63,911 bases of DNA, filler included, from Reclinomonas americana ATCC 50394 (GCA_048213135.1; 10 parts of 10 records of this genome joined end to end with filler, not necessarily neighbours in it); one strand, 5' to 3'; numbered from the whole stretch's first letter, positions 50,801 to 61,417 are shown. Made by a program: numbers and translations. The notes: generated by a model from the letters alone, not told the origin.

Positions 50801-53800
50801 TCACAACTCGATCGTGAAACCTCCCAGCCTCTCGCGCAAATCCGTCATGACCGCCTTAGCCGCCTGCGACGTCGGCCGTTCCTCCTCGTATAACGACATA
50901 CATCTGTGCGTGTGGTCAGTTGCACAGGGGACAGAGCATGCGAAAGAGACGAGATCGCAGGTCAATGGTTGGAGGAAGAGAGGACATGTGGAGAGAAGAA
51001 CAGAGGACACGTAGACAACAACAAAGGTCAACGGGGCGGAGAAGCAGAGAAATGATCAGCAGTACAGTCCCCATTGGGTTTGCGAGTCAAATCACGAAAC
51101 TGCACGCCCAGTCGCAACATGCCGCGCGCCACGTCCACTGGCCACTGGCCGGCGGTGCGATCCGCCTCCGCCACCGCATCCACCGTCTCCAGTATTCGCT
51201 CCCACCGTGGAGCCTGTCCGACCAACACTCGCGCCTCGCGCCCAGTCAGCAGCTGCAGCACGATCAAGCCGAAAGCGTGCATGTCCATCGACACTCGAAT
51301 GTCACCGGAGCGGAGGAACAGTGGATCGATGTAGTGCGGGGAGCCGGCATGCACCGCAGTGTGCCGGTGGGTCTGCGATTGGGGGGAAAGGGTGAGCGGA
51401 ACAGCCTGCAGCAAGGAAAGGGATACGCTGTATGTTGTGGCAGACCTCGCCCTCATCAAAGATACGCGCAATACCAAAGTCGCCGATCAGTGGCTCACAT
51501 CGATTGTCGAGGAGAATGTTGGAGGGTTTGAGGTCGCGGTGCACCACGTCGTTCTGCGCGACTGGTGATGAGAGAAGGGAAGCAAGTGGTGGTGGTGATC
51601 GATGACGCACTCACCGAATGCAAGAAACACACGCCCTCGGCAATACCGAGACCAATCTGCACTCGCTGCGTGACCGTCAGTGGTTGCATATCAGCCGCTC
51701 GTTTCAGCAGCCGCACTTCCAAGTCCTTTCCACTGCGGTTTGTATCGTACAAGATAAGTGGTACGTTAATGCAGTGGTTTTCAGCAGTGACACACTCACC
51801 GCATCGCTCGGTACACCAGACATCGATGCAGTACCTCGCCTTCCTCGAGTACTGCGTACCCGAGCAGCGGAATGAGTCGACGGTGTCGCAGTTGGCCGAT
51901 GGTGTTCAACTGCAGCAACAATTGATGTGAGGCTCGACAACACTTACACACAACTCACACACAGCTGGCACACCTCCGCGTTGTACGAGTCGGCGGCCCA
52001 CGGTGCGGCAGTGTCCAGTCGCTTGATGGCCACGTCCATTTCGTGCAAGTGGGTAAGGTACACGGTGCCTTGGCCGCCCTCACCGGCCTTGTAGCGCTCG
52101 TTGAAGGATTCGGTGGCGCGCTCAACGTCGACCCAAGCATATTCACGCAGGCGATTCGGGTCAGCGGCTGTGGGGGAGGGCGGCGAGTGGTGAGGCGAGA
52201 AGGGACAGAGAAGACTGTATGCATGATGTGACGTCTCACCGTAGACAGTGGAGAGTTCACGGCGTAGCCGCTCCACTTCCTGAGCAAGTTCGGCGTTACG
52301 CTGCTGCTCGGCGGCATGCGCTTGCTGCCATTGCGTGACAGCCTGCTGCAGTTCGGCGTTGCGTTGCTGCTCGGCGACGTGCGCTTGCTGCCATTGTGTG
52401 ACAGCCTCCTCCCACTGGGTGACACGTTGCTGCTCGGCGGTAACTGTCTGCTGCAGCGTGGCGATCTCCTGCTGCAGTTGCAAGGCGCGCTCCTCTGCAG
52501 TGCGTGCCTTGCGCTGTTCCGCGGTGACGGCAGCCTGCAGCTCCGTATTGGTGTCATGCAGATCCGCGTTCGCCTGCTGCAGTTCTGCGTTGGTCTCATG
52601 TAGGTCCGCGTTCGCCTGCTGCAGCTGGGCCACAATCTCTTCGTGGTCACGTCGTTGCTGTTCAACTTCCTCAGCATGTCGTTGTTGTTGTTGCTGCTGC
52701 TGCCCGCTGGCCGGGGGAACCGGATCTGGCGGACGTGGGGCACGTTGTGGTGGCGCCGGCCGGCCATCGGCGAGACGACGAGCAGCAGCCTCGTGCTGCT
52801 CGATCTCGCGGCGTCGTCTCTCGTCTTCAAGCTGCCATTGACGTTCGAGAGCCGGCCAGTCGGCCATCAAGCGATCCTCTTCCAGCTTTTTGCGCACTTC
52901 CTCGCGTCGCTGATCTTCTTCGGCGTATCGTCGTTGCCGCTCTTGGTCTCCAATCTCCACTGCAGGTTGCCGTCTTTCTTCCTCCTGCTCAGCAGCGCGC
53001 CGTCGCGCCGCTTCCGAAGCACCGAACGCATGCCTCTGCTGCCGCTGCGCGGTGGTCTCGTACAATGGCGATCCTGGTTGTGTTCGTACACCAGCGGCAG
53101 GACGCTGAGCCATAGCAACTCTGGCAGCGCGCGCCTCTTCCACACGTCTTGCATCTTCTTCCTCCTCTCTGCGGCGTTTCTCCTCCTCACGGAGTCGCAC
53201 TTCCTCGCGAAGTCGCGCTTCCTCTTGAAGTCTTGCTCTGTCGGTCTCCTGCTCCCGGCGCCTCGCGTCAATCGCTCGCTGGTCACTCAGACTTGTCACA
53301 GGCCCAGCTGACGGGCGTCGATATGGGGGACTTGGAGGCGAACCAACACCACCAGCGGCGCCAACAGCAGCCACGTCAATGTCGCGCTGCACGTCCTTCG
53401 CGAGGTCGCGCCGCCGATCAGCAAGGACAGCTTCCGTCTCTCTGGCACGCGCTCCGCCAAGCAATCCATCGCCCATGGTTTTCTGCTTACTCGGGAGAAA
53501 CATGCGGCATCTGTCGCAGGGCTTGAAGCGAGGTGATCTCTGCGCGACTTCCAGGATGCCAGCGGCCTGTGTGAGAGATTGATGAGTGCACACAGGCGTG
53601 GAAATAAAACAGAACACACAACGAGAGCACACCGTTGTTTCGCTTGTGCCGATCCCGCTGCGCAATATGCTGATGTCGTAGGGGATTATAGCCCCCGGAT
53701 GCGAGTGGTCGATGTGATAGAGCATCTCTCTCGCGGCATACAGCATGTCCCTCTGCAACACATCACGAGATCAGTGGCCACACGCATGATCTCGCGAGTG

Positions 53801-53847
53801 TGCAGCACAGACAGACAGTGAGACAGCAAACGACATGCCTGCGACAT
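50801..53847 (-). CDS. Pelle/IRAK/RLK-like protein kinase with duplicated N-terminal domain and coiled coil
   Basis: EYAWVDVERATESFNERYKAGEGGQGTVY, VAIKRL, PLTVTQRVQIGLGIAEGVCFLH, VVHRDLKPSNILLD, GDFGIAR, GSPHYIDP, FGLIVLQLLTG; first intron appears GC-AG. Confidence 0.85.
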
Positions 53848-54310
53848 GGGACCGACACACTCTCCCTCGCCAACACCAACACCAACTTCGTCGGACAACA
53901 ACATGTCGTCGGACAAACTGCCTTGCCGGACGATGTTATCAACCTTCTCATGTTCAGCAGCACAGCAGAGCTCGTCACGCTCTGTGTATCGCCCCATCAT
54001 GTTGAGCATTTTCCTGCACTTGCATTGCCATCGGAAAAATGGATCGTTTGCTGCATGAATTTCTTAACTGAATTTTGTTCCACCGATCGTATCACACCCT
54101 TTCCCACCACTCTTTCCTATCAGCANNNNNNNNNNNNNNNNNNNNNNNNNNNNNNNNNNNNNNNNNNNNTTAATTAATTAANNNNNNNNNNNNNNNNNNN
54201 NNNNNNNNNNNNNNNNNNNNNNNNNAGAGCCACAAAAATGGAATCCTAAAATGAGATCACCTGACAAAACGCGATTGAATAAAATAAAAATAATATAAAC
54301 ATAATATATA

Positions 54311-54541
54311 ATGCAAACTCTATATATTAATACTAACGTGAATGACGAGGAAATTTATAAATTTGATAAGTTTTTAGGTGATAATAAATTAGGATACATA
54401 AAACAAATTCATTATCGACCTAACATACGTAAAATAGAGATCATAGTATTTGATGACATAGCGAATAAATCGTTCAACCCGTTCAACCCGTTGATAATGG
54501 ATTACAATAATAAATATCTAAATAATAAATATCTAAAATAA
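54311..54541 (+). CDS. Hypothetical viral protein (76 aa)
   Basis: ATG-initiated ORF after an AT-rich leader; no motif recognised. Confidence 0.5.
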   Translation: MQTLYINTNVNDEEIYKFDKFLGDNKLGYIKQIHYRPNIRKIEIIVFDDIANKSFNPFNPLIMDYNNKYLNNKYLK

Positions 54542-54551
54542 ATTATTAATC

Positions 54552-54971
54552 TCAATCGCTATCAGTATTATAAAATGAACTTCTTGGAGTTTTATTAACA
54601 TCATACTCTGTTGTAAAGAATATGATAATATAATTTCGCATATCACAAACATGTTGTAAAATCTTGTCAATGATTTCCTCATCACTAATAGTTTTCAATT
54701 TAGCTTCAGTTACTGTTTTTTCCTTATCAATCTCAAGAATGAAGTATTTCTTAAACTTTCCTAACTGTTTGTTAATTTGTTTTTCTGTATATCCGCATCC
54801 AATCATATTAAACATTATTTCTTCAATAGTATATTTAGTATGTGATATGAGAGAGTCTTTTGCCTTCTGTTTGGTTGTGTATACTCCTTGTGTCACTGTA
54901 TCAGTGTATCCATCATCAGAATCACGACAAATATATTCTGTTTTTCTTTCAACTATAAAAACTGTTTTCAT
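54552..54971 (-). CDS. Hypothetical viral protein (139 aa)
   Basis: ORF immediately preceded by the 36-bp repeated upstream element. Confidence 0.7.
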   Translation of the reverse strand: MKTVFIVERKTEYICRDSDDGYTDTVTQGVYTTKQKAKDSLISHTKYTIEEIMFNMIGCGYTEKQINKQLGKFKKYFILEIDKEKTVTEAKLKTISDEEIIDKILQHVCDMRNYIIIFFTTEYDVNKTPRSSFYNTDSD

Positions 54972-55005
54972 TATTATACAATGGAGCTATATAATAATGT
55001 CAATT
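54970..55005 (-). promoter_or_regulatory. 36-bp putative viral promoter, copy 1 (AATTGACATTATTATATAGCTCCATTGTATAATAAT on - strand)
   Basis: Identical copy at 55246-55281; both abut a - strand start codon. Confidence 0.7.
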
Positions 55006-55019
55006 TACAAACTCATTCA

Positions 55020-55241
55020 TTAATATGGTGTTGTAAACCAATGAACAAGATTATGTGATAAATTGTCTTTAAACCTATCAGATATTAAATCAAATTTACT
55101 TTCAAATAATTCCTCGTCTTTAGCATCACTGTTTAGAAAGTCAGTCAAAAGTTTAATAACTTCAACTCGATAGCAATGAAATGATCCATAAACCATCACG
55201 TGAATAGCATTTTCAAAATATTCTTTCTTGTTTTCTTCCAT
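55020..55241 (-). CDS. Hypothetical viral protein (73 aa)
   Basis: ORF preceded by the second 36-bp element. Confidence 0.65.
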   Translation of the reverse strand: MEENKKEYFENAIHVMVYGSFHCYRVEVIKLLTDFLNSDAKDEELFESKFDLISDRFKDNLSHNLVHWFTTPY

Positions 55242-55245
55242 TCTA

Positions 55246-55281
55246 ATTATTATACAATGGAGCTATATAATAATGTCAATT
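55246..55281 (-). promoter_or_regulatory. 36-bp putative viral promoter, copy 2
   Basis: Exact duplicate of 54970-55005. Confidence 0.7.
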
Positions 55282-55415
55282 AAATGGATGCGTTTAATCT
55301 GAGTCAGTATCAGTANNNNNNNNNNNNNNNNNNNNNNNNNNNNNNNNNNNNNNNNNNNNTTAATTAATTAANNNNNNNNNNNNNNNNNNNNNNNNNNNNN
55401 NNNNNNNNNNNNNNN

Positions 55416-55898
55416 GATTGTTAAATTGCCACTTGCTTGAACATCACAGTTATTATTTACTTGAAATGTTTTATTATTATCAGTATCAATGACACTAATT
55501 ATTTTGGTGCCTGTTCCTGTTGCGCTAATTGATAATGGAACTTTTGTTGATGTATTTGGGCATGTAATTGTTACTTCATCAGTTTGATATACTTCATGAT
55601 TAATAACAACTGTTTGATTAAAGGTGGCTGTTCCTTCTACATTTAAATTTTGCATTTCAACATCGCCGGTAAATGTTGATGTTTCATCGACCTCTAATGT
55701 GCCAGTTATATGGACATTATCTGTATTGATAGTGCCGTCAACTGTTCCGTGAATGATACCAGTTACATATAAATCTTGATCAAGTTTTACTGTATTTTGA
55801 AATGTTAATGACTCATCAGGGTTTTGACTTATGCCAAAGTCTTGTAGTTGACTTGTGAAACCTAAGAGATTTTTCTTATAGCTATTTCGTTTGTTCAT
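55416..55898 (-). CDS. Putative virion fibre/spike protein, truncated by gap
   Basis: Beta-rich repeats (LYVTG, VHITGTLEVD, LNVEGTATF, VQASGNLTI); directly downstream of the capsid gene. Confidence 0.55.
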
Positions 55899-55932
55899 CT
55901 AGATATAAGATTAATATACAAAATTAATTATT

Positions 55933-57600
55933 CTATTCTCCAACTAATATCTCGGCGCTTCTGGAGCTCATGCCAACAACTTTAGAATATACAATGAATA
56001 CATCAACGACAATAGTTGGATTTGCTACAACTGGAGGATAAACACTATTATCAGAAGCTGGCAAACTAGTTCTATTTAATATAACTGTCATTTTAGAAAT
56101 ACGTTTAGCTGGTGCCAATTCAGACCCTTTCAATCTCATACCAAGAATGAAGTTACCACGTTCTAAGAATGAAGCAGTAGGGAATTTAGTGCCCAACCAC
56201 ACATCATCCAATGAACCCAATGCGTCAATAGTCAAACTATTTGCTGTTGTAAGATTCTTAAGACCTATGTCACATGGTTGTTGTGGGTAATACTCACTAT
56301 CTAAAATAAATTGATAATTCATGGTTCCTGTAGCTGGATTGAATGGGCAAATGAAACCACTCTTTGAATCAGGGCACAAGGGGGAAAGTATATCGGCTTG
56401 ATTTCTGAATGTCATAAAAATGGCTTTGCATCTATCAAAATCAACAGATATACCACTCTCTCTAATGGTTGTAATGCCAGCATTCCAATTAAATGATGTG
56501 TGGAATAATCCTTCATATTCGTATTTCATGCCTTCTGCAATATTCATTAAACCACGGTTAAGCTTGGCAACAATTGAGTTGTAACCTGATGGCTCCATTG
56601 TCAACTTTCTCATGTAATATGTCAAATTTTGGATGACAAATTGTGGATTGCCTGCAACAACTGCACCACCGCCGTTATCTGCTTCAAAAGCACTGCCGAA
56701 ATCATCCAAGGTCAATTTAATTGTTACTTGTGGCATATCGGCAAGATGTAAAGCGGTCTTATGCTTTAACAAACCAGGGAGGAACATGCGATATCTATAA
56801 CCAACTGGCACAGCGATACCGGTTGCGTCTGTGGTATTTACTGCTAAATTCAATCCTAATGTTTCATTTACACCTTTATAATTTGATGCGCTGGCCAATC
56901 TTGGTTTGGCTGTAATGTTTTCCAATGCTGTGTTAATATAATTAGCGATACTTTTTCTTACACTATTATCAGCTTGAACAGCACCATTAAAACTAGTCAA
57001 TATAGCCGGCACATCACCGCCGGCAAGTGAAGTTATAGAGTTCCATGCCAAAGCATTTGGTTGAGCACCTGTGAGCGGTTTGACAAAGACATCACCACTA
57101 CCGACAGCATCAGAGTTAGTGATATATCCACCATTAAAATAAGCTTTTTCGGCTGGAGTGTTAAACATACCAGTATCTTTTAGCACAGTAGATATGTAAT
57201 CTTCACCAACATAAGCGTATTGAACTGATAAGAAAGTTGCCAAATCTTGATCATATTCATCAACTTGGGTTGTTCCAACTTGTACAACTGCACGTCTTAT
57301 AGGTGTCCATGCATTTTCTAAACGTGCCACTCGAGTATATGCATTATCTACGACAGTATTTCCCCAATCGGATTTATCAGCACCATTAATCATATGGCAA
57401 TCAAATTCTAACCATGATTCATCACCGACATAACTTAAATCTTGTGGCAAATCAAATATGACTGTTGAGTTTTGATTACTGTAATACTTATTACCATCAA
57501 CATGAGCATAGTAATTTATACCGGTTTTAAATTCTTGTTTCTCCTTTGGCAATAATCCCTCGCCGTTAAGATGTCTTGATAATGTTTCGTTTCGTAACAT
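55933..57600 (-). CDS. Probable major capsid protein (double jelly-roll), 555 aa
   Basis: Size, beta-strand pattern (VIFDLP..SWLEFD, IRRAVVQVG, VTIKLTL, YQFILDSEYYPQQP, VDVFIVY) and position beside the packaging ATPase; fold is inferred. Confidence 0.75.
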   Translation of the reverse strand: MLRNETLSRHLNGEGLLPKEKQEFKTGINYYAHVDGNKYYSNQNSTVIFDLPQDLSYVGDESWLEFDCHMINGADKSDWGNTVVDNAYTRVARLENAWTPIRRAVVQVGTTQVDEYDQDLATFLSVQYAYVGEDYISTVLKDTGMFNTPAEKAYFNGGYITNSDAVGSGDVFVKPLTGAQPNALAWNSITSLAGGDVPAILTSFNGAVQADNSVRKSIANYINTALENITAKPRLASASNYKGVNETLGLNLAVNTTDATGIAVPVGYRYRMFLPGLLKHKTALHLADMPQVTIKLTLDDFGSAFEADNGGGAVVAGNPQFVIQNLTYYMRKLTMEPSGYNSIVAKLNRGLMNIAEGMKYEYEGLFHTSFNWNAGITTIRESGISVDFDRCKAIFMTFRNQADILSPLCPDSKSGFICPFNPATGTMNYQFILDSEYYPQQPCDIGLKNLTTANSLTIDALGSLDDVWLGTKFPTASFLERGNFILGMRLKGSELAPAKRISKMTVILNRTSLPASDNSVYPPVVANPTIVVDVFIVYSKVVGMSSRSAEILVGE

Positions 57601-57625
57601 AGATATATTATATGTTATGAAAATA

Positions 57626-58393
57626 TTAAAAATCTATTTCATCGAGTTCATCATTAAATCTTCCACTCGGAAAGGTACGATTATTATTTATATATGCAGT
57701 TTTATTATACACTTTATTTTGTACCATTGGTTTGCTATATTTTGATTTCTTAATCACATAACCGCTTTCCATTCTCTTCGGTAACTTTATACCTTCTCTA
57801 GCTATATATATTGGTTCATATCCATATTTCTTGTCTTGTGCTAGCCAATCATATAATTTCATTCTTTGTTCTGAATCTTGAATCGTATATTTACTGTCTG
57901 GGTCTGAATATAAATTATATCCAAATTTTGCCTCAAATGCTTTCTTCATAAGCGCCTTATATACTGATGCATCGCCCTGCAATCCTGTTAATCTTTTAAT
58001 GTCATCAAGAAGTATTTTATCGGCGACTCTATAATCACTTGCCGTCAATGCCAAACTATATAATGCATCATGGCGTTTTGTGGCGTGATCAAGTGCATCA
58101 ATAGCATCTGTTTTAATTAATCTATCAACATCTGTGTTCTTACTTCTAATTCCGTATGAATATTCAGGGCCCGCGAACTTTCCATAACGTGGAATTAAAT
58201 AAGAACTCAAAGACACTTTTTCATCTTCAGGGTGTGTTTCTTTATACTTCTCTACGGCATTAATAACAGCGACACCAGCCTTAAAAGGTAATCCGTAATC
58301 ATCAGGTAATAAATCGCCAAACTTATATAAAGTATCACTAAACTTTTGTTTGAATGTCTTTAATGGATCATCCGAGAATTCTAACAGACTCAT
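57626..58393 (-). CDS. Phospholipase A2-domain protein (parvovirus VP1u-type)
   Basis: YGKFAGP Ca-loop-like motif, DALDHATKRHDALY catalytic HD motif, downstream AD. Confidence 0.8.
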   Translation of the reverse strand: MSLLEFSDDPLKTFKQKFSDTLYKFGDLLPDDYGLPFKAGVAVINAVEKYKETHPEDEKVSLSSYLIPRYGKFAGPEYSYGIRSKNTDVDRLIKTDAIDALDHATKRHDALYSLALTASDYRVADKILLDDIKRLTGLQGDASVYKALMKKAFEAKFGYNLYSDPDSKYTIQDSEQRMKLYDWLAQDKKYGYEPIYIAREGIKLPKRMESGYVIKKSKYSKPMVQNKVYNKTAYINNNRTFPSGRFNDELDEIDF

Positions 58394-59094
58394 TATATAA
58401 TTACATCTATAAAATTACCATCCTTACTAATTACTTTATTGTTAAAGTTATACATGATAATGTCATCTTCAAAGTTCATATAAATAAAGTTGTGTTTTGC
58501 CGTTCCACGTAATTTATCAAAATATACATCAAAGTTAGGGTCAAGAATATCACGCAGTTTTTTGATTTCTTCAAGACGTACATTATTAAACACCATGACA
58601 GACGTTAGGTTATTCCGGATTGTTGGTGATAGAAATTTAGAATATTGACAGCCTATGACAATTGAGATGTTATTGTGTCTTGTTCTAGTTATTAGTTTGT
58701 TTATAAATGATGTTTTATTATTAAATTCACCAACTATATCATCCATAATAATGAGAATATGATTATCTTCATTGGCTTCAAGTTGCTGAAACTCTAATAT
58801 ACTCTTTAAATCATTGTCTGTATATTTATCAAATAGTTTTTCTTCTTCAATCTTCAACGCCTTAAATTTCTTATCAGTAAACACTGTCGGACTAAAGATA
58901 AATATGTCGTCAAACAAATCTTTATACACTTCTAACAATAGCCAGATTATAGAGTTCGTTTTTCCGCTGTTTCGAGCACCAAGGCACAATAAATTGAAGT
59001 TTAATTTTGGAAATCCAGAAGGCACACGCTCATTAAGTTTTGCGAGTTTGGCCGATTGTTTATCATTATCAATTATGATACGTTTGACATGCAT
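58393..59094 (-). CDS. A32-like (FtsK/HerA) genome packaging ATPase
   Basis: Walker A GARNSGKT, Walker B ILIIMDD, RTRHNNISIVIGCQ, PTIRNN. Confidence 0.92.
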   Translation of the reverse strand: MHVKRIIIDNDKQSAKLAKLNERVPSGFPKLNFNLLCLGARNSGKTNSIIWLLLEVYKDLFDDIFIFSPTVFTDKKFKALKIEEEKLFDKYTDNDLKSILEFQQLEANEDNHILIIMDDIVGEFNNKTSFINKLITRTRHNNISIVIGCQYSKFLSPTIRNNLTSVMVFNNVRLEEIKKLRDILDPNFDVYFDKLRGTAKHNFIYMNFEDDIIMYNFNNKVISKDGNFIDVII

Positions 59095-59126
59095 TTTTTC
59101 AGTTTATAATATATACAGACATATTA

Positions 59127-59888
59127 ATGTATCTGCTACTCAACTCAAAGAATAGAACATATGGAACATCTAGCGATTTTACCGTAAGTCTTGGGCGATT
59201 TTTAGATAAATATAGATTTCGCGCATTCAGGATTATGAGGGTATTAATTAAAGCCAACATTTATAATGTTAATGAAACAAACAATGTGTTCTACTTTTCA
59301 CAAGAGGATAACACGGACCCATTGGATCCAGTTATTGATGATTTTATTATTCAAGTTCCATTCGGCAATTATGACCTTGATACTCTTGTATCTGTTTTAC
59401 AAAATCTAATGAGAACAGAAACAGGACATGGACAGTATGTCGTGACAGCAAATGAGCAAACTGGAAAAATAACATTTGGATTAACTTTAGCTAACTTTGA
59501 TTTTCAAATCTCTGGCGGTGCTGGTTTCCCAAACAATATAAATGAAGTTATTGGATTTAGAAATGTAACATATAATTATGTTGATGAAATAACTGGAGAT
59601 TATGCATGTGACTTTACATATTGCAATGAAATACATATAAGAAGTAACTTATCAACATCAACTGTATACTCTGATTTTGATGATGCCTTTACTGATATTT
59701 GTGAAATTATATTTAATACTGACAGCGGATTTGAATTAATTAATCATGAACCATTAAGACCTATCGCATGCGATTGCTCTAATGTTGGTTCTGTTAATTT
59801 TAGAATTACAGATGAGAATAACAACACATTAAATTTAAATGGCAAAGACTGGAGTATCTTGATTGAATTAATTTCACCTGAAAAATAA
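59127..59888 (+). CDS. Probable minor capsid (penton) protein
   Basis: N-terminal LLLNSKNR..SSDFTVSL, IYNVNETNN, VPFGNY, C-terminal FRITDENN..LNLNGKDWSILIEL pattern typical of Polinton/PLV minor capsid proteins; 253 aa. Confidence 0.78.
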   Translation: MYLLLNSKNRTYGTSSDFTVSLGRFLDKYRFRAFRIMRVLIKANIYNVNETNNVFYFSQEDNTDPLDPVIDDFIIQVPFGNYDLDTLVSVLQNLMRTETGHGQYVVTANEQTGKITFGLTLANFDFQISGGAGFPNNINEVIGFRNVTYNYVDEITGDYACDFTYCNEIHIRSNLSTSTVYSDFDDAFTDICEIIFNTDSGFELINHEPLRPIACDCSNVGSVNFRITDENNNTLNLNGKDWSILIELISPEK

Positions 59889-59917
59889 TTTAATATAGTA
59901 TATTATAACTCACCGAT

Positions 59918-60349
59918 ATGAGCGATATAGTAAACACACCGAGCGATAACGTTGTCATCGATCAACCACAAACCATTGAGGCCACAAAACCAGACGGTAA
60001 ACCCAAATATAAAAAACCGTATGTGATGACAGAAGCACGTAAAAAATCAGTTAAAAAGATGATAGAAGCACGTAGACAACAATTAGAGAGCAAGACAGAT
60101 AAAAAAGTACAATTAGAACAAGAACTAAAAGCAGTTCAAGAAAAGATATCTAAACTAGAACAAACAATGATACCAGTAGATAATGAAATACATATAACTA
60201 AACCTGTTAGAGTTGAAAAGAAACCAAAGAAAGATAAAGAGGATTACATATCTCCTGAAACACAGCAAATAATGATAGATCAGGGATTACCTGTAAAACC
60301 CGTTGTTATTGAGAAACCTAAATTTTCAATGTTTGGACTTGAAATATAA
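59918..60349 (+). CDS. Hypothetical basic coiled-coil viral protein
   Basis: 143-aa ORF; KKPYVMTEARKK followed by a heptad region. Confidence 0.7.
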   Translation: MSDIVNTPSDNVVIDQPQTIEATKPDGKPKYKKPYVMTEARKKSVKKMIEARRQQLESKTDKKVQLEQELKAVQEKISKLEQTMIPVDNEIHITKPVRVEKKPKKDKEDYISPETQQIMIDQGLPVKPVVIEKPKFSMFGLEI

Positions 60350-60375
60350 TTTATTTGTGATAGTATTATATAATC

Positions 60376-61395
60376 ATGTTATCACAAAAGGAAATTAAGA
60401 AACTTTATGCCGAAAAACGACTTGATAAAGCATTTGAACGTAAAGCAGAAGATGAATTAATACGAAGTCAAGCTGTCAAAAAGGCAAAGAAAAAAAGTGC
60501 AGTGGATGAGCTAACAAAGAATCTAAAAAGTGATCAAAACCGTGTAACTGGATATCTTACAGAAAGAGGAAGACAAGCCGGCAAGACAGAAGAGCAAATA
60601 AAGGCAGACATTTCAAGATATAGCATTTCTGACAAAGAATTAAAGCAACTTATTAAAGATGCATCCACTGACATAATATCATCTAATTTGACCGGTAGTA
60701 AACGCGGTTCTAATAGACTCGATATGACGTTAGATAAGCTAACAGAGAAAGCACGTGCAATATCACCAGCAAGAAAAGGCCCAAGCGCATTTTTACCCAC
60801 AATGAAGAAAACTGTTTCAATCTCTGCAACATCCACACCTGCATCCACACCTCTATCATCTCCACCGCGTTTATCTGGTGCAAGTGGTAGCGGTGGCTCT
60901 ATTACAATTGCACAAGCGGGTGTGTCTTCAGGTAGAAATATATATTATAGTGCGAGTGTACTACCACCAGATATATTCACATTCCTTGATGCAAGCGGTT
61001 CATTAAAGTTTGTTGATAAAAGCGGAAAGGCAGTGAAAACAAGTGATGTTGATTCATTAATTCCACTAGCACAATCTGCGCAATGGAAAGATAATAAGAA
61101 GATTCTCAAACAGACATTACAATCAGCACCAAAGGTCAAGTCACCAACACCACCACCAAAAACACCAACACCACCACCAAAAACACCAACACCAATAGCA
61201 TCAGCAGGATTAAGAACACCATCGCCCCCATTAGATCCAGCATATCAAGCATTACTTAAAAGATTCCGTGATGATGGAATCATAACAAAAAACAGAAGTG
61301 GAGACGAGATGTATAAAGGAAAGTTGATTCCATTTGTGGATAAAGCAAGGTTAAAATTAAAACTTGACCAAATAAAGAGAGAAATCGGATATTAA
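60376..61395 (+). CDS. Basic, Pro/Ser/Lys-rich viral protein (possible core/DNA-condensing protein)
   Basis: 339-aa ORF; 21-bp tandem repeat encoding PTPPPKT near 61143-61193; function is a guess. Confidence 0.7.
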   Translation: MLSQKEIKKLYAEKRLDKAFERKAEDELIRSQAVKKAKKKSAVDELTKNLKSDQNRVTGYLTERGRQAGKTEEQIKADISRYSISDKELKQLIKDASTDIISSNLTGSKRGSNRLDMTLDKLTEKARAISPARKGPSAFLPTMKKTVSISATSTPASTPLSSPPRLSGASGSGGSITIAQAGVSSGRNIYYSASVLPPDIFTFLDASGSLKFVDKSGKAVKTSDVDSLIPLAQSAQWKDNKKILKQTLQSAPKVKSPTPPPKTPTPPPKTPTPIASAGLRTPSPPLDPAYQALLKRFRDDGIITKNRSGDEMYKGKLIPFVDKARLKLKLDQIKREIGY

Positions 61396-61417
61396 ATATA
61401 AGAGTAAAATATATAAT

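Noticed and set aside
54970..55005. Bacterial sigma70 promoter (TTGACA...TATAAT)
   Set aside because: Spacer is 19 nt and TATAAT lies only a few nt from the ATG with no ribosome-binding site; the gene content is eukaryotic-virus-like
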